Assembly: GCA_016906335.1 (NCBI GenBank)
Contig: JADEYG010000001.1
Span: 372,001 to 436,000 of the forward strand
Length of the DNA stretch: 64,000 bases
Reading direction: 5' to 3'
DNA from: Novakomyces olei
Taxonomy: Eukaryota
The notes under the pieces were generated by a model. It was not told the DNA's origin. It saw only the letters and a list, made by a program, of their open reading frames with translations, and made no database searches. This document shows, piece by piece, positions 26,329 to 40,615 of this stretch (its first letter is position 1; the number at the start of each line of letters is the position of its first letter). A program made the translations under genes and the position numbers.

Positions 26329-29300
26329 ATGAGTGATGCGGCAGCAAATTCTACGGGTTTTTCTCCCAGCAAAAGTGGCGTAAACGCCACGTCTTCTGCA
26401 AAATTCACGCACTTTTCAGTGGAGCAGATAGAACGAGCTCTGCACTCGTCAGCCACTGACGGAATAACGGACGTTCCGCATCGCCGTTCCGTTTACGGAG
26501 ACAATGAGCTAAAAGTCGGTGAGCAGGAACCGTTGATTTACCGGTTTCTGAAGCAGTTTGTTGGTGATCCACTCATTCTTTTGCTATTTGGCAGTGCAGC
26601 AATTTCCCTCATAGCAGGCAATGTGGATGACGCAGTGTCCATCGGAATCGCCATCACTATAGTGGTGACTGTAGGCTTCATACAGGAATACCGATCGGAA
26701 AAGTCGCTGGAGGCGCTCAATTCCTTGGTACCGCATTATTGCCGGGTCGTACGTGGAGGACAGCAGCACAGTATAATGGCCACACAGCTAGTGCCCGGAG
26801 ATTTAGTAAGACTCCACGTGGGCGACCGTGTACCCGCTGATGTACGGCTAGTTCGGTGCTCGGATTTGCAGTGTGATGAGAGCAGTCTGACCGGCGAGAC
26901 GGAAAGCGTGAGCAAGACTTGCCAGCCCATGGGAAATAGCCACAGCAATAATATTGACAATAATATTGACAATAATGTTGGCAATAATGTTGGCAATAAT
27001 GTTGGCAATAATGTTGGCAATAATGTTGGCAATAATGTTGGCAATAATGTTGGCAATAATTTTGACGGTAATGTTGGCAATAATGTTGACAATAATTACA
27101 ACACTGGTCGGGGAGAGAGCATTTTGGACGTGAACGATCGCAAAAATATTTGTTACATGGGGACAATGGTGCTTAACGGCAACGGTGAAGGTATAGTTGT
27201 TGGAACGGGAACGGATACAGAGTTTGGTGCAGTTTTTGCCTCTATGCAGGAAGTTGAGAAGCCAAAAACGCCACTGCAGCAGTCAATGGACGCTCTGGGC
27301 AAACAGCTGTCCTTTATTTCACTGGTTATAATCGCATTTATTGTATTTGTTGGCATCGTTTTCCAGAGGAGATCGTGGCTCGATATGTTTACGACTGGTG
27401 TTTCCCTCGCAGTAGCGGCTATTCCCGAGGGACTGCCAATCATCGTAACGGTTACATTGGCTCTCGGTGTGCTTAATATGGCGAGACGGCGTGTTATTGT
27501 ACGCAGACTACCGAGTGTCGAGACACTTGGCAGTGTAAACGTTATTTGCTCCGACAAGACGGGGACACTGACTATGAATCATATGACTATCACAAAGCTC
27601 TTCACTTTTGGCAGTGATTCTATCGTGGACGTGAGCAGTAAGGACCAGTTTGCTCAGGCAAATGATCAGTACTTTGAGACCAGTGGCCGGACGAAAGCAG
27701 GGAATAAGAACTTATCCCGCCAAGAAACCAGTCTCTTTACCAATGACCAGTCGCTCAGAGCGCTGCTAAGGACGGGAAACTTGTGTAATAATGCCCAGCT
27801 GGCAGCAGCAGCAGCTCTTCAATCCAGCGGAGAGAAAAGCGATTATGTCGGTCAGGCGACAGAAGTAGCGCTCATGGATATTCTTACTCGGTATGGGTTG
27901 GAAGACGTTCGGTCCACATTCACACGTGTACAGGAATGGCCCTTTTCGAGCGACAAAAAGTATATGGCCGTCTGTGCAAAGCCTAATTCTACTTCTTTGC
28001 CTGCGATTTATTGCAAAGGTGCATGTGAGCAAGTAGCAGTACGGTGCAAGCTGAAGATGCTTAAAGACGGAAGTGTAACAGAATTTACAGATGCTGATAG
28101 GCAGCGTGTTAGTGCTACAGAGATAGAATTGGCCCGTGAGGGTCTGCGTGTTATCGCCCTGGCCTCATCCGCCGCCGGGCAACGTGAAATAGAGAAGGCA
28201 GATTTGACTTTTCTCGGGCTCGTGGCCATGTTTGACCCTCCCCGGCCTAATGTGGCTTCTTCTATAAGGAAGTTGGCCAGTGGTGGGATTAGGGTTATTA
28301 TGATTACCGGTGATTCTCCCGTAACTGCATTGACAATGGCGGAAAGGTTGGGGATCTTCCTCTCGAGAACGAAACGGACCAGCAAGAGTACGAGAAATAA
28401 GAATGATTATCATTATAATAATACCAAGACAAAAAATAATAATGACATTAATAGCAATAATGATTACAATTATAAAAATAATAATGGCAGCGACCACGAA
28501 CTCGATGGTCAGGAAGAGGCGGTGCTCACTGGTTCGCAAGTGGAAGAAATGCCAGATTCTTACCTGCAAGAAGTCATGCAGCGGGTCTCTGTGGTTGCTC
28601 GGGCAACGCCAAACCATAAGATGAAGATAATCAAGGCTCTTCAAGCACGGGGTGATATTGTAGCAATGACAGGGGATGGGGTCAATGATGCTCCGGCCTT
28701 AAAACTGGCCGATATTGGAATCAGTATGGGCGAGCATGGGACAGATGTGGCTAAAGAGGCGGCAGATATGATTCTGACAGACGATTCCTTTGCTACTATT
28801 CTAAATGCAGTGGAAGCAGGAAAAGGCATTTTTATCAATATACAAAATTTTATCTCCTTTCAGCTCTCAACTAGTGTGGCCGCGCTTTCTCTAATTGCCC
28901 TGTCGACTATTTTTGGGTTTAGTAACCCGCTTAATCCAATGCAAATTTTGTGGATTAATATTTTGATGGACGGTCCACCGGCTCAGTCGCTCGGTGTTGA
29001 GCCCGTTGGCCAGGATATCATGGACAGACCGCCTCGGCCACGAAATGCTCCTATTCTTACAAAATCCTTGATAAACAGGGTGGGAGTATCGGCTGTTTGT
29101 ATTATTATTGGGACGCTGTACGTTTACATTAGGGAAGTCGGTGGGGCTGATGAGGTAAGCAGCCGGGGAACAACAATGACTTTTACGTGTTTTGTCCTGT
29201 TTGACATGTTCAATGCTCTAACCTGCCGATCTGAAACAAAATCACTGTTGAATATTGGACTAACGTCCAACCGGGTCTTTGGGTTTGCAGTGTCAGGGTC

Positions 29301-29502
29301 GCTTTTAGGACAGTTATTGGTCATTTATTTCCCGCCTTTACAACGAGTCTTTCAAACTGAAGCCTTAGGGTTAGGGGATCTTGTGCTGCTCATTGCCATT
29401 GCCAGCACTGTTTTAATGGCGGACGAGCTCCGCAAGTATAGACGGCGCAAGTCCGGAGAATACCTTTCGTTTGGGTCGGGCTACGGTTGGCTCAACGTTT
29501 AA
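26329..29502 (+). CDS. PMR1: Golgi Ca2+/Mn2+ P-type ATPase (SPCA)
   Basis: DESSLTGET, AAIPEGLP, CSDKTGTLT phosphorylation site, MTGDGVNDAPALK, FQLSTSVAAL and QILWINILMDGPPAQSLGVEP (SPCA/Pmr1-specific). Confidence 0.96.
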   Translation: MSDAAANSTGFSPSKSGVNATSSAKFTHFSVEQIERALHSSATDGITDVPHRRSVYGDNELKVGEQEPLIYRFLKQFVGDPLILLLFGSAAISLIAGNVDDAVSIGIAITIVVTVGFIQEYRSEKSLEALNSLVPHYCRVVRGGQQHSIMATQLVPGDLVRLHVGDRVPADVRLVRCSDLQCDESSLTGETESVSKTCQPMGNSHSNNIDNNIDNNVGNNVGNNVGNNVGNNVGNNVGNNVGNNFDGNVGNNVDNNYNTGRGESILDVNDRKNICYMGTMVLNGNGEGIVVGTGTDTEFGAVFASMQEVEKPKTPLQQSMDALGKQLSFISLVIIAFIVFVGIVFQRRSWLDMFTTGVSLAVAAIPEGLPIIVTVTLALGVLNMARRRVIVRRLPSVETLGSVNVICSDKTGTLTMNHMTITKLFTFGSDSIVDVSSKDQFAQANDQYFETSGRTKAGNKNLSRQETSLFTNDQSLRALLRTGNLCNNAQLAAAAALQSSGEKSDYVGQATEVALMDILTRYGLEDVRSTFTRVQEWPFSSDKKYMAVCAKPNSTSLPAIYCKGACEQVAVRCKLKMLKDGSVTEFTDADRQRVSATEIELAREGLRVIALASSAAGQREIEKADLTFLGLVAMFDPPRPNVASSIRKLASGGIRVIMITGDSPVTALTMAERLGIFLSRTKRTSKSTRNKNDYHYNNTKTKNNNDINSNNDYNYKNNNGSDHELDGQEEAVLTGSQVEEMPDSYLQEVMQRVSVVARATPNHKMKIIKALQARGDIVAMTGDGVNDAPALKLADIGISMGEHGTDVAKEAADMILTDDSFATILNAVEAGKGIFINIQNFISFQLSTSVAALSLIALSTIFGFSNPLNPMQILWINILMDGPPAQSLGVEPVGQDIMDRPPRPRNAPILTKSLINRVGVSAVCIIIGTLYVYIREVGGADEVSSRGTTMTFTCFVLFDMFNALTCRSETKSLLNIGLTSNRVFGFAVSGSLLGQLLVIYFPPLQRVFQTEALGLGDLVLLIAIASTVLMADELRKYRRRKSGEYLSFGSGYGWLNV
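26947..27096 (+). repeat. Coding 12-bp repeat (AATAATGTTGGC)7 plus degenerate copies, encoding (NNVG)n in PMR1
   Basis: In-frame insert shortly after the TGET motif of the actuator domain. Confidence 0.92.
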
Positions 29503-29718
29503 TCTTCGCCTGTTGCTATTAGACGTGAGCTATTTATACACTATAAAATGTCCCATAGATCTAGAAATTAGTCTAGCAATGCTTTTGTAGTCGAAGTTAT
29601 TCAACAAATAACAAACTATGTAATAACTAGATATACAAATTTAAACATATAAATGAATAAATTAATCCACTAAAGACTTATATAATCTTTCAGACTGCTT
29701 TATAAACGTACAAATCTA

Positions 29719-30645
29719 TCACCTCTCTCGGGTAGGAATCCCCAATTTTTCAAGGATGGACCCCTCATCAATCCTTAAATCTGTAGCCAATTGTTTTGCC
29801 AGTTCGTGTGCCTCTGTTCTTGCCTCGTCCATATGAGATTCTTGAACCCTTCCGCTGATACGGAAAAGATCTCTTTCCCAACCTGCCAACTTGCAAAGCT
29901 CCTGCACACCAACATCGCACTCGCACAGCTTTACGCAGTCTTCGCTACGGAAGCCAATTGTACCAGCGTGTTCCAAGTTTATAAGCAGTCGAGGGCAAGA
30001 GACCATATTTGGCAGCGAGGCAAAAGGCTGTACTTGTAGCGACGTGCCCATAACAATAGCAAGGTCACATTTCTCTAAATCTGACGTATAATTACGAAAG
30101 AATTTTTGGGGCAGTCCCTCACCGAAAAACACAATATCGGGCTTAATTAGCCCATGGCAGTGTGTGCAGTAGGGGATAGATTTCTCGAGAATACGATCAC
30201 GGACATAATCATCGTCAGCTTTTAAGCGGCAATTGATACAATGATTTCCGGCAAATGAGCCATGAGCCTCGACAAGCTTATCGTCGCTGACACCGGCGCG
30301 ACGCTCAAGCGTGTCTATATTCTGTGTATAGCAACGCAATAAAAGTCCTTTACGTTCGAGCAGCGCTATAAAATAATGAGCCAGTGTCGGACGGAACTTT
30401 CCGGGTAAAAGCTCGTGCGCCAGTTCGTAAAACGGCTTTGGATTCTCACGGAAAAAGTCGATATCGAAGACAGCTTCGGGATAGGGAAGGCTTAATCGTT
30501 TTAAATTGTGATATATGCCCGTCTCGGGGCTTCGGAAGTCGGGAATACCGGCGGCCGTACTGATGCCGGCACCGACCATTACACATATGCTTTTAAACTC
30601 GCGCTGGCCAAGTTCCTTGGCCAAACGCTCGAATATGATGTCCAT
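29719..30645 (-). CDS. HST2: NAD-dependent deacetylase, SIRT2/Hst2 class
   Basis: GAGISTAAGIPDFRSPETG, YTQNIDTLER, EAHGSF, CxxC...CxxC zinc site, KPDIVFFGEGLP, GTSLQVQPFA; short N-terminus typical of Hst2; in-frame stop upstream of the ATG. Confidence 0.93.
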   Translation of the reverse strand: MDIIFERLAKELGQREFKSICVMVGAGISTAAGIPDFRSPETGIYHNLKRLSLPYPEAVFDIDFFRENPKPFYELAHELLPGKFRPTLAHYFIALLERKGLLLRCYTQNIDTLERRAGVSDDKLVEAHGSFAGNHCINCRLKADDDYVRDRILEKSIPYCTHCHGLIKPDIVFFGEGLPQKFFRNYTSDLEKCDLAIVMGTSLQVQPFASLPNMVSCPRLLINLEHAGTIGFRSEDCVKLCECDVGVQELCKLAGWERDLFRISGRVQESHMDEARTEAHELAKQLATDLRIDEGSILEKLGIPTRER

Positions 30646-31231
30646 ACCGGAAGCGTGCCTGGTAGTGAAGTCATACGCTTGTCTATTATTGGGCGTGCTT
30701 TATGTAAGAGGAAAGGATATAAATTAAATAAATTAAATTAAATTAAATAATAAATTAAATTGAATTGAAAAATAAATAAATAAATACTGAGACCAGTAGA
30801 TAAATGATAAATAAAACAAGTCAAATTAGACAGACAGTGTTTCATAGTCATTAGAAAGTAGCTGCTCTCTGGCAGTGACGTCGTGACACTGTGATTCAAG
30901 TATATACACCAGAAAGCTGAGGAACGAATGATTTCAATAAGTGTGGAATAGATACGACCAGCAGAAATCGTAAGCAGCGATAAGCCTTGGATAAGGTAAA
31001 GCGATATATTAGGGTCTTACCAAATTTAAGGGGTTGTCCTCAGAGATTTGGGGAATATTTGGGCTCTTAGAATGAACAGCTAAAGAGGTTTGATCACAAC
31101 GATAGCCATACAAGCCGTCACAAAAGGAACACGCGATATTCATAAATTATATATTTCTTTTGGCCATAAGACCAATATTCACGGGTTCGCGTTTGCACAT
31201 TTGGCTGATTCAGCAACAGTCAAAGCGAAAA

Positions 31232-33220
31232 ATGGTGGACGAACAATTTATGATTGGGATAAAGTCGCATGTTGCGGACGAGAAGGCTTCAGCTTTGAAT
31301 GAATTGGCAAATTATTGTCGCAATGGTATTGCATCTCATCAGCTCTACTATTTCTTTGTTATATATGAATGTCTTTTCAAGTGCACAGGTTAATGATATT
31401 TTTTTTCTCTCTCATTTTTTTAATCAGCAGTTTAGATGTTTCTAACTAGTAGAGCAAAATGCAAAAGCATTAGACGCTTCAATTTCGGCAGAGTTGGCTT
31501 CAATGGTCCCTATATTTGTCCAAGAAACACCAGACGAAAATTTATTGCGGCAATATTTAAGGGCAATTGCCAATTTGAATGCAGCTTCAGGTTATTGCAA
31601 CTCTTTATTAAATCAAAAATACTAACGTGGGCAGAAACGAGAACGCTCTTTTATCCCTATGGGGATGATTTACTTTGGCTGGCGGAGCGCAATAGAGCTT
31701 CGGATTTTGAGTTTTCGGTCGCAATTTATAACACGTTTCAAGAGGGTAAATAAAAATATCAAAAACGCATTATTATCTTTTGTTTACTCGTTTGTATCAT
31801 TCGTACTTGCTTCGAATGATCAATAAATCTTTTTGTTCACGCTTGATCATTTTTCCAATACGCAAGGAACTTAAGCTCTTTGTACGGCTTTACTCTGCAA
31901 TTTTACCAATGATACTAACGTAAAGATGCATCTTCAATCCCCGATGCAGCTAATCGTGCTCTTGCGCTTTTGAGCAATGGCAATTCAAAGAAACAAGACA
32001 TTAATGAGCACTGGATTGATTTCATTGGTGTCGCTTTATCTTCAGACGAAAATTCCCGTTTCCATTTACATGAATTCTTAAATTTTGCCTACTCCACGAT
32101 GCCCAAGTCTTTAGGAGCAGAAAGCATTTCTTCGCTCTGGGGAACTATTTGCTCCAAGCTGCCACTTCAGGTCCTCGATTATCCCATTTTAGAGGCAATC
32201 TATGATCACAGAACAAGCGAATTTGCTCAAAGTCAGGCGCTAGCTATGAGCAATGAACTTGCGATTGACCATGAAAGTTTTAATGCTGGACAGAGTACAA
32301 TCGATGCTGAAACTTTTGCAAAGACAGTTCTTGAACTGCGTCGATGGTCTGAGAGTGATATCGACGTTTATTGTGCGTCTGCTTTCATAATAATGGGGAA
32401 CCTTGTCCGTTATGGTTCGTGATACGATTTAAATTTTTTTTATTTACTAATTGCGGGAGATTTTCCCTCATCTTTTGACCCTTGTCCTTCGGTTGCAATG
32501 TAGACAAGTATTTTTTTATTTACGTTTACTTGCCTTTATACGTAAGACAAGGCTAATCGAAAGACGACGCAAATAAGGCTATTGTCGAGCATAAAGTGTA
32601 TTTGCGTGCGTTAAATACCATCGGTCAAACCGCATCTCAAGAATGTCAATATGCGGCAGCAGGATTTTTGAGAAATTTTGCGGTTCGAATTGGCAATAGG
32701 CCATTACTATCAGACCTCAGTCTGCGCTCGTTCAATGGATATTTATTGCCAAATGGACTAGTCATATCACGATTACTAGCGCGAGGTAAGACTGAGATTA
32801 CCAATGTGCGGAGACAAGCTAAATAAAACAGACGCTGAACCCGAGCAATTGCTCGAGGACTTTTTCTATGTCTTGAATCTTTTCAAAGATCCTAGTCTAC
32901 AATTTGAAGCGGCCCGCACAATTGCGGCCATTTACAGCTCTTTTAGCCGGAAAAAAATTGAATATCGGATTCAAGAAGAGGTCCCTGAGCTCATGCAATG
33001 CGGACTCTATTTGATATCACAATCGCAACACAAAAACGGACTGGCTGATGGCCTTTTACTGTTAGCTTTGTTGATGCGACAAAAACGTATTACAAACCGT
33101 GACTATACCAACCTGGACAGTGTCAGGCGCACTGTCAGTGATGTAAAGCAAGACGGCTCTCTACCGTCCGCGGTCAGGGATAACGCTATTATTTTAGACA
33201 AATTTTTGCGTGAAGAGTAA
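31232..33220 (+). CDS. Armadillo-repeat protein, SmgGDS/Bem4/Arz1-like, 6 exons
   Basis: Hand-spliced from ATG 31232 with introns about 31326-31452, 31591-31634, 31746-31925, 32415-32563 and 32786-32831, keeping frame. ARM-like motifs LRAIANL, IMGNLVR, AAAGFLRNFAV, FEAARTIAA. Confidence 0.65.
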
Positions 33221-33521
33221 GTATTGAACGGATTTACTATTACAATAGATCCTCCCCAGTTGGACAATGTAATTATGAGCAGGCACAAAGGCAAAAACAC
33301 TATATCGACAGATATCTTAAGACACTCGACATGGATTTAATGTTTAGTTTTAGTGCGCATTATATAGTCCTGTGCACGCTTTATTATTATTGCAAATTAA
33401 ACTACTCGCGTTTGCACATGCACTTGCTTAAATATTTAAAGTAAATAATAACGCGGTTCGCTATAACTTATAGTATATTACAGTCAAATTCCAAGTAACA
33501 TTAATTAAATTAGTTTCGCGT

Positions 33522-33535
33522 TTCGACGCGTCGAA
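33522..33535. promoter_or_regulatory. MCB (ACGCGT) element in a 14-bp palindrome upstream of MCM3
   Basis: TTCGACGCGTCGAA, with extra TCGCGT/ACGCGA/ACGCGG boxes at 33406-33557; fits MBF control of a replication gene. Confidence 0.6.
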
Positions 33536-33590
33536 TTTAATTAGTCCATTAACGCGAACCCAAAGAGCTCCGCAACCAAGTACGGCTGAA

Positions 33591-36459
<2,869 letters not shown>

Positions 36460-37659
36460 TGTGCTGCTTTGGCTGTACTTTGCCGGTATTGTGGGCGTTT
36501 TGCGTAGTTGTTGTTGGTGTACGCTAGTCGATGCTTTGCTGTTATATAGTAAATAAATAATTGTATTCATTGGCTTTATTGCTAATTACAAATTGGCTCT
36601 ATCATTCAACGGCAAAGTATACTGCGAATTTGCGTAGACCCGTAGCCGATTTTTTCGCGTTTGTCATGCCTATGGCGAACGACCTCTATCACCAAATCAA
36701 ATCATACGTATATCCATCCGCTTTTGCCTTGTTTGAATATGCTGGAATAGTACTTGTACAACTTGTACAACTTGTACACTTGCTACTTGTATACTGTTTT
36801 TTACTTGTATTACTTGTGTAATTAGCCTGTTGTGAGTGGCCGTGGGAGGATACGGGCTAAAAACAGGGGATAAGAACGCACGCGCGACGTGCAAACCGGA
36901 CCGATCGGTCCGGTATGTTTTCCGTGTATACTTGTTTGTTTACTTTATGATTAGTTTTATTGGACTAGTTTTAATTAGATCAGTTTGTAGACTTTCTTAT
37001 TATTCAGGCGTGATTGTCCTATTAAGCGAGCACATGGCGGCAGGTTATAGCCCAACAGTGGCCTAACAATAGTTTACGCTTACTCGAGTATTTATGTTTG
37101 ATTTCCAAAGCGATAGGGCGAGTATGAGAGCTTTCAGTCTGAGTACGGGTGATCGATATAACCCAGGTACTTGTCCAGAATCTCGCCTATATATGGTAAC
37201 TGTTGGGTGATATAATAGGGCGAGTGTGAATACAGTTTCCCAATTTAAGCAAGTATTTTACAAGTAGCGCAACATACGATCTTATAATGCATCCATCCAT
37301 CCCTCTTTGTAATGCACAGTCTATGTTTCACGTAGTAAGTGCTATATAATAGAAATGATCAAATTGATACTTGTTCACTATACCAAATAGAGCGATCAAT
37401 AACATAAAGCCGATATACAGACACCACAAAATAATACATACATATTAAAAGAAAATTGAAAAAGGAAGCGACCCGATTCCAATCCTATACCGTTGCGTGG
37501 ACGGCGTTTCGCGGAACGAGGAGGTGTCTCGTGGCAGTAGAGGCAGGTTTGGCGGCTCAAGTGCTTTGGCTCCATTTAAGTTTGCGAGTAGAGGCTTTTA
37601 CTTGTCTCTACAGACTTTTAATTTCTATATAACCCGCTCGTTTCACGTAGCACACAACA

Positions 37660-39735
37660 ATGAACTCGACCCAGTTCCATGAAGGTCTCGCCGCTCCTGA
37701 AGCTGGAAAATACACGTTTCTCTCCTTCAATAATGGCTTAGAGGGCTTCAATGGATGGGTCGCGGCTTTGACGCTGCTGCTAGCAATCATTGCCTATGAT
37801 CAAATCGCGTACCAAATTCGCAAGGGATCAATTGCCGGTCCTGCGTTCAAGATTCCTATAATGGGATCCTTTATGGATTCGCGGCAGCCGACTTTTGAAA
37901 AGTACCACCAAAAATGGCAGTCCGGACCGCTTTCTTGCGTGTCCGTTTTCCACAAGTAGGTTCTATGGCACCTTGCGTGCTTTTTATTATTGTTTTATTA
38001 TGTTTTTATGTTTTTATGTTTTTATGGGTTTATGGGCTTAGGGGCTTTTATCGGCTTTATGGTTTCTATGTTTCTCTATGGCTTGTTGTAATTTCTCATC
38101 TTTTGCCGAGTTTTTATCAGGCACCATTGATTGTGTACCCCAGAATCCCGTTTGTCTTCCTGGCGCATTTAGGCTTTACATACTTTTGCATCTAATAAAT
38201 TTTGTTTTTCAAAAGTAAACTTGTTGTTTCCATTTACAGATTGGCCATGTTCTTTTTTTAATTCCATTTACATCTGTAATCACCCAGATTTCCCCCGTTC
38301 AATCCCGCTCGAGCTCATTCGACCTTGCCTCTATTGTCCTGCTCCTGTTAAAGTCTTTTTTTATAATGGCTTGTTTTCCACTTGCTCTTGAACTGCCTCA
38401 GTCTTTGTTTGAGTTGATGCTATGGTTCTTTATTTTCCCCCTGTTTTATTCGCCTTTTCCCAATACTAAGCGTCAAGGTTTGTTGTGATTGCCAGCACGT
38501 GCGAATTATCGCGCAAGATTCTTAATGCCAGTGGCAGGTACGTTGAACCCTGCGTTGTAGACGCGGGAAAGAAAATCCTGGGCAAAACCAATTGGGTCTT
38601 CCTTGACGGCCTTGCTCATGTCGAATACCGCAAGGGCCTAAACACCCTGTTTACACGTAATGCTCTGGGTGCGTATCTCCATCAGCAAGAGCCGGTTTAT
38701 TTGAAATATTTTACGAAATGGCTCGATATCTGTGCGGACAACGCTTTCCATGAATTTATGATCCCCATTCGCGACCTGAACGTGGCAGTTTCGTGTAAGA
38801 CCTTTTGTGGTGATTATATAACAGACGAAGAGATTGGAGACATAATGGACCGCTATTGGCAAATAACAGCGGCTATGGAGCTCGTCAATTTCCCTCTGGT
38901 TCTGCCTTACACGAAGATTTGGTATGGAATACAGGCGCGTAAACTGGTGATAAAGTACTTTACCCGTGCTGCCAAGGCGAGCCGAAAGGCAATGCTCGAG
39001 GGCCGTCCTGTGCAGTGCATGATGGACGCCTGGATCTCAGAGATGATCGATGCTCGCAAGCACGCTGACGGCCTTGGATCCCGGCCCAAGATTCTTATTC
39101 GTGACTTTTCAGACGACGAAATTTCTCAGACTTTTCTCTCCTTTTTGTTTGCCAGCCAGGACGCTACCTCCTCCGGCCTTTGCTGGCTCTTCCAGTTTGT
39201 CGCTGATCATCCAGAGTGCCTGGAAAAAGTCAGGGAAGAGCAGCTGCGTATCCGCGATGGCGATATTGCCAAGCCTGTCGATATGGAGATGGTGGATCGT
39301 ATGGTGTATACGAAATGGGTGGTAAAAGAGACTCTGCGTATGCGCCCGCCTGTTCTTATGGTCCCCTATGTTGCCAAGAAGACGTATGAGCTTGATGGGT
39401 ACACTGTGCCCAAGGATTCTATGGTAATCCCCAGCTTCTGGCGCAGTCTGCACGATCCCGAAGCCTACCCTGACTCGGAGACTTTCATCCCGGAACGATG
39501 GGGCCCTGATGGAACTGCTGAAAAGCATACAAAGAACTGGCTCGTGTTTGGTGCAGGACAGCACGTTTGCCTCGGACAGCAGTATGCTTTAATGCACATG
39601 ACCGTCTGCCTCGGGATGGCTGCTCTGAGACTCAACTGGGAACATGAGCGTACACCCACCTCTGACGAGCAAATGATTTTTGCTACTACTTTTCCTTTAG
39701 ATCTCTTGCGTCTGCGGTTTACCGCGCGTGCCTAG
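37660..39735 (+). CDS. ERG5: Sterol C-22 desaturase (CYP61), 2 exons
   Basis: Exon 37660-37955 ([12 protein letters not shown]), intron 37956-38477, exon 2 (FVVIAS..., [21 protein letters not shown], heme motif [10 protein letters not shown]). Confidence 0.95.
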
Positions 39736-40615
39736 ATTGACTGGCGTCGGGCTGCGCTTTAACGGCCGGCCGCGCCTACGTATGCTTCTACTATCTACGT
39801 TTTAATTTTTTGTGCTGCAAACATTAAGCTTATTTTGCTGTTTTGTAAAACGTACTTTTAATTAACTAATTGATTGGATAATAGCTTTTTCAGCTATTAT
39901 TTTATAATATTATTTTTATTATTAATTTTGCTATTATTAGTTTTTATTATTTTTATTATTTCATGAAGGGCAAACGTTTGGTGGATTTAGTGAGGAAAAT
40001 AGACAAAGACTGGCCAAATTTACAGACTAGCTGGGCGACTGTTTCGCTTAATTAGAAATTTTACCATTTTCTGGCTGAGCGCGGCATCAGCACCAGTCAC
40101 AAAAGTGAGTCTCGTTATGTCGAAATTGATATTATTATGATTACAAGACTGTTTGTATAATGGACCGGCCGGGCTTTGTTGCATTCGTACGTTTCTCTTT
40201 CTCTGTCCTTTATGTCCTTCCGGTCCGGTTTTGCTGCTAGATTATCAGCAGACAGGTTTGGTTTCGTGCTGGAGCACCTAATATTGTACAATTTAATAGT
40301 AATCCAATTTTTTATTATAAGTGACTAAAATATAATACTCTATTACAAATAAAAAGTACACGGCGCTTATATTAATACTATCCATACTTGAACATTGTGA
40401 AAGGAGGATTGAAGAGGAAGATAACCAACAAGTTTGAATAGAGTGTAGAAAAAAAACGGGAGGCTTTCTTTTTTTAGTTCAAACAGGGTAGGTTCTTGTT
40501 TTATTTAATTTCATTTTTCTTACTGTCTCTTTCTCTTACTGTCTCTTTCTCTCCTTTTTTCTCCCTCCATTTTCTCTCTCTCTCTCCCCCTCTTTCTCTG
40601 TCTCGTTCTCCTTCT

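Noticed and set aside
26717-27166. Antisense ORFs with (QHYC)n and (PTLL)n repeats
   Set aside because: Shadow frames of the PMR1 NNVG repeat.
29365-29376. TTAGGGTTAGGG telomere-like repeat
   Set aside because: Lies in the PMR1 coding sequence (Leu-Gly-Leu-Gly); two units only.
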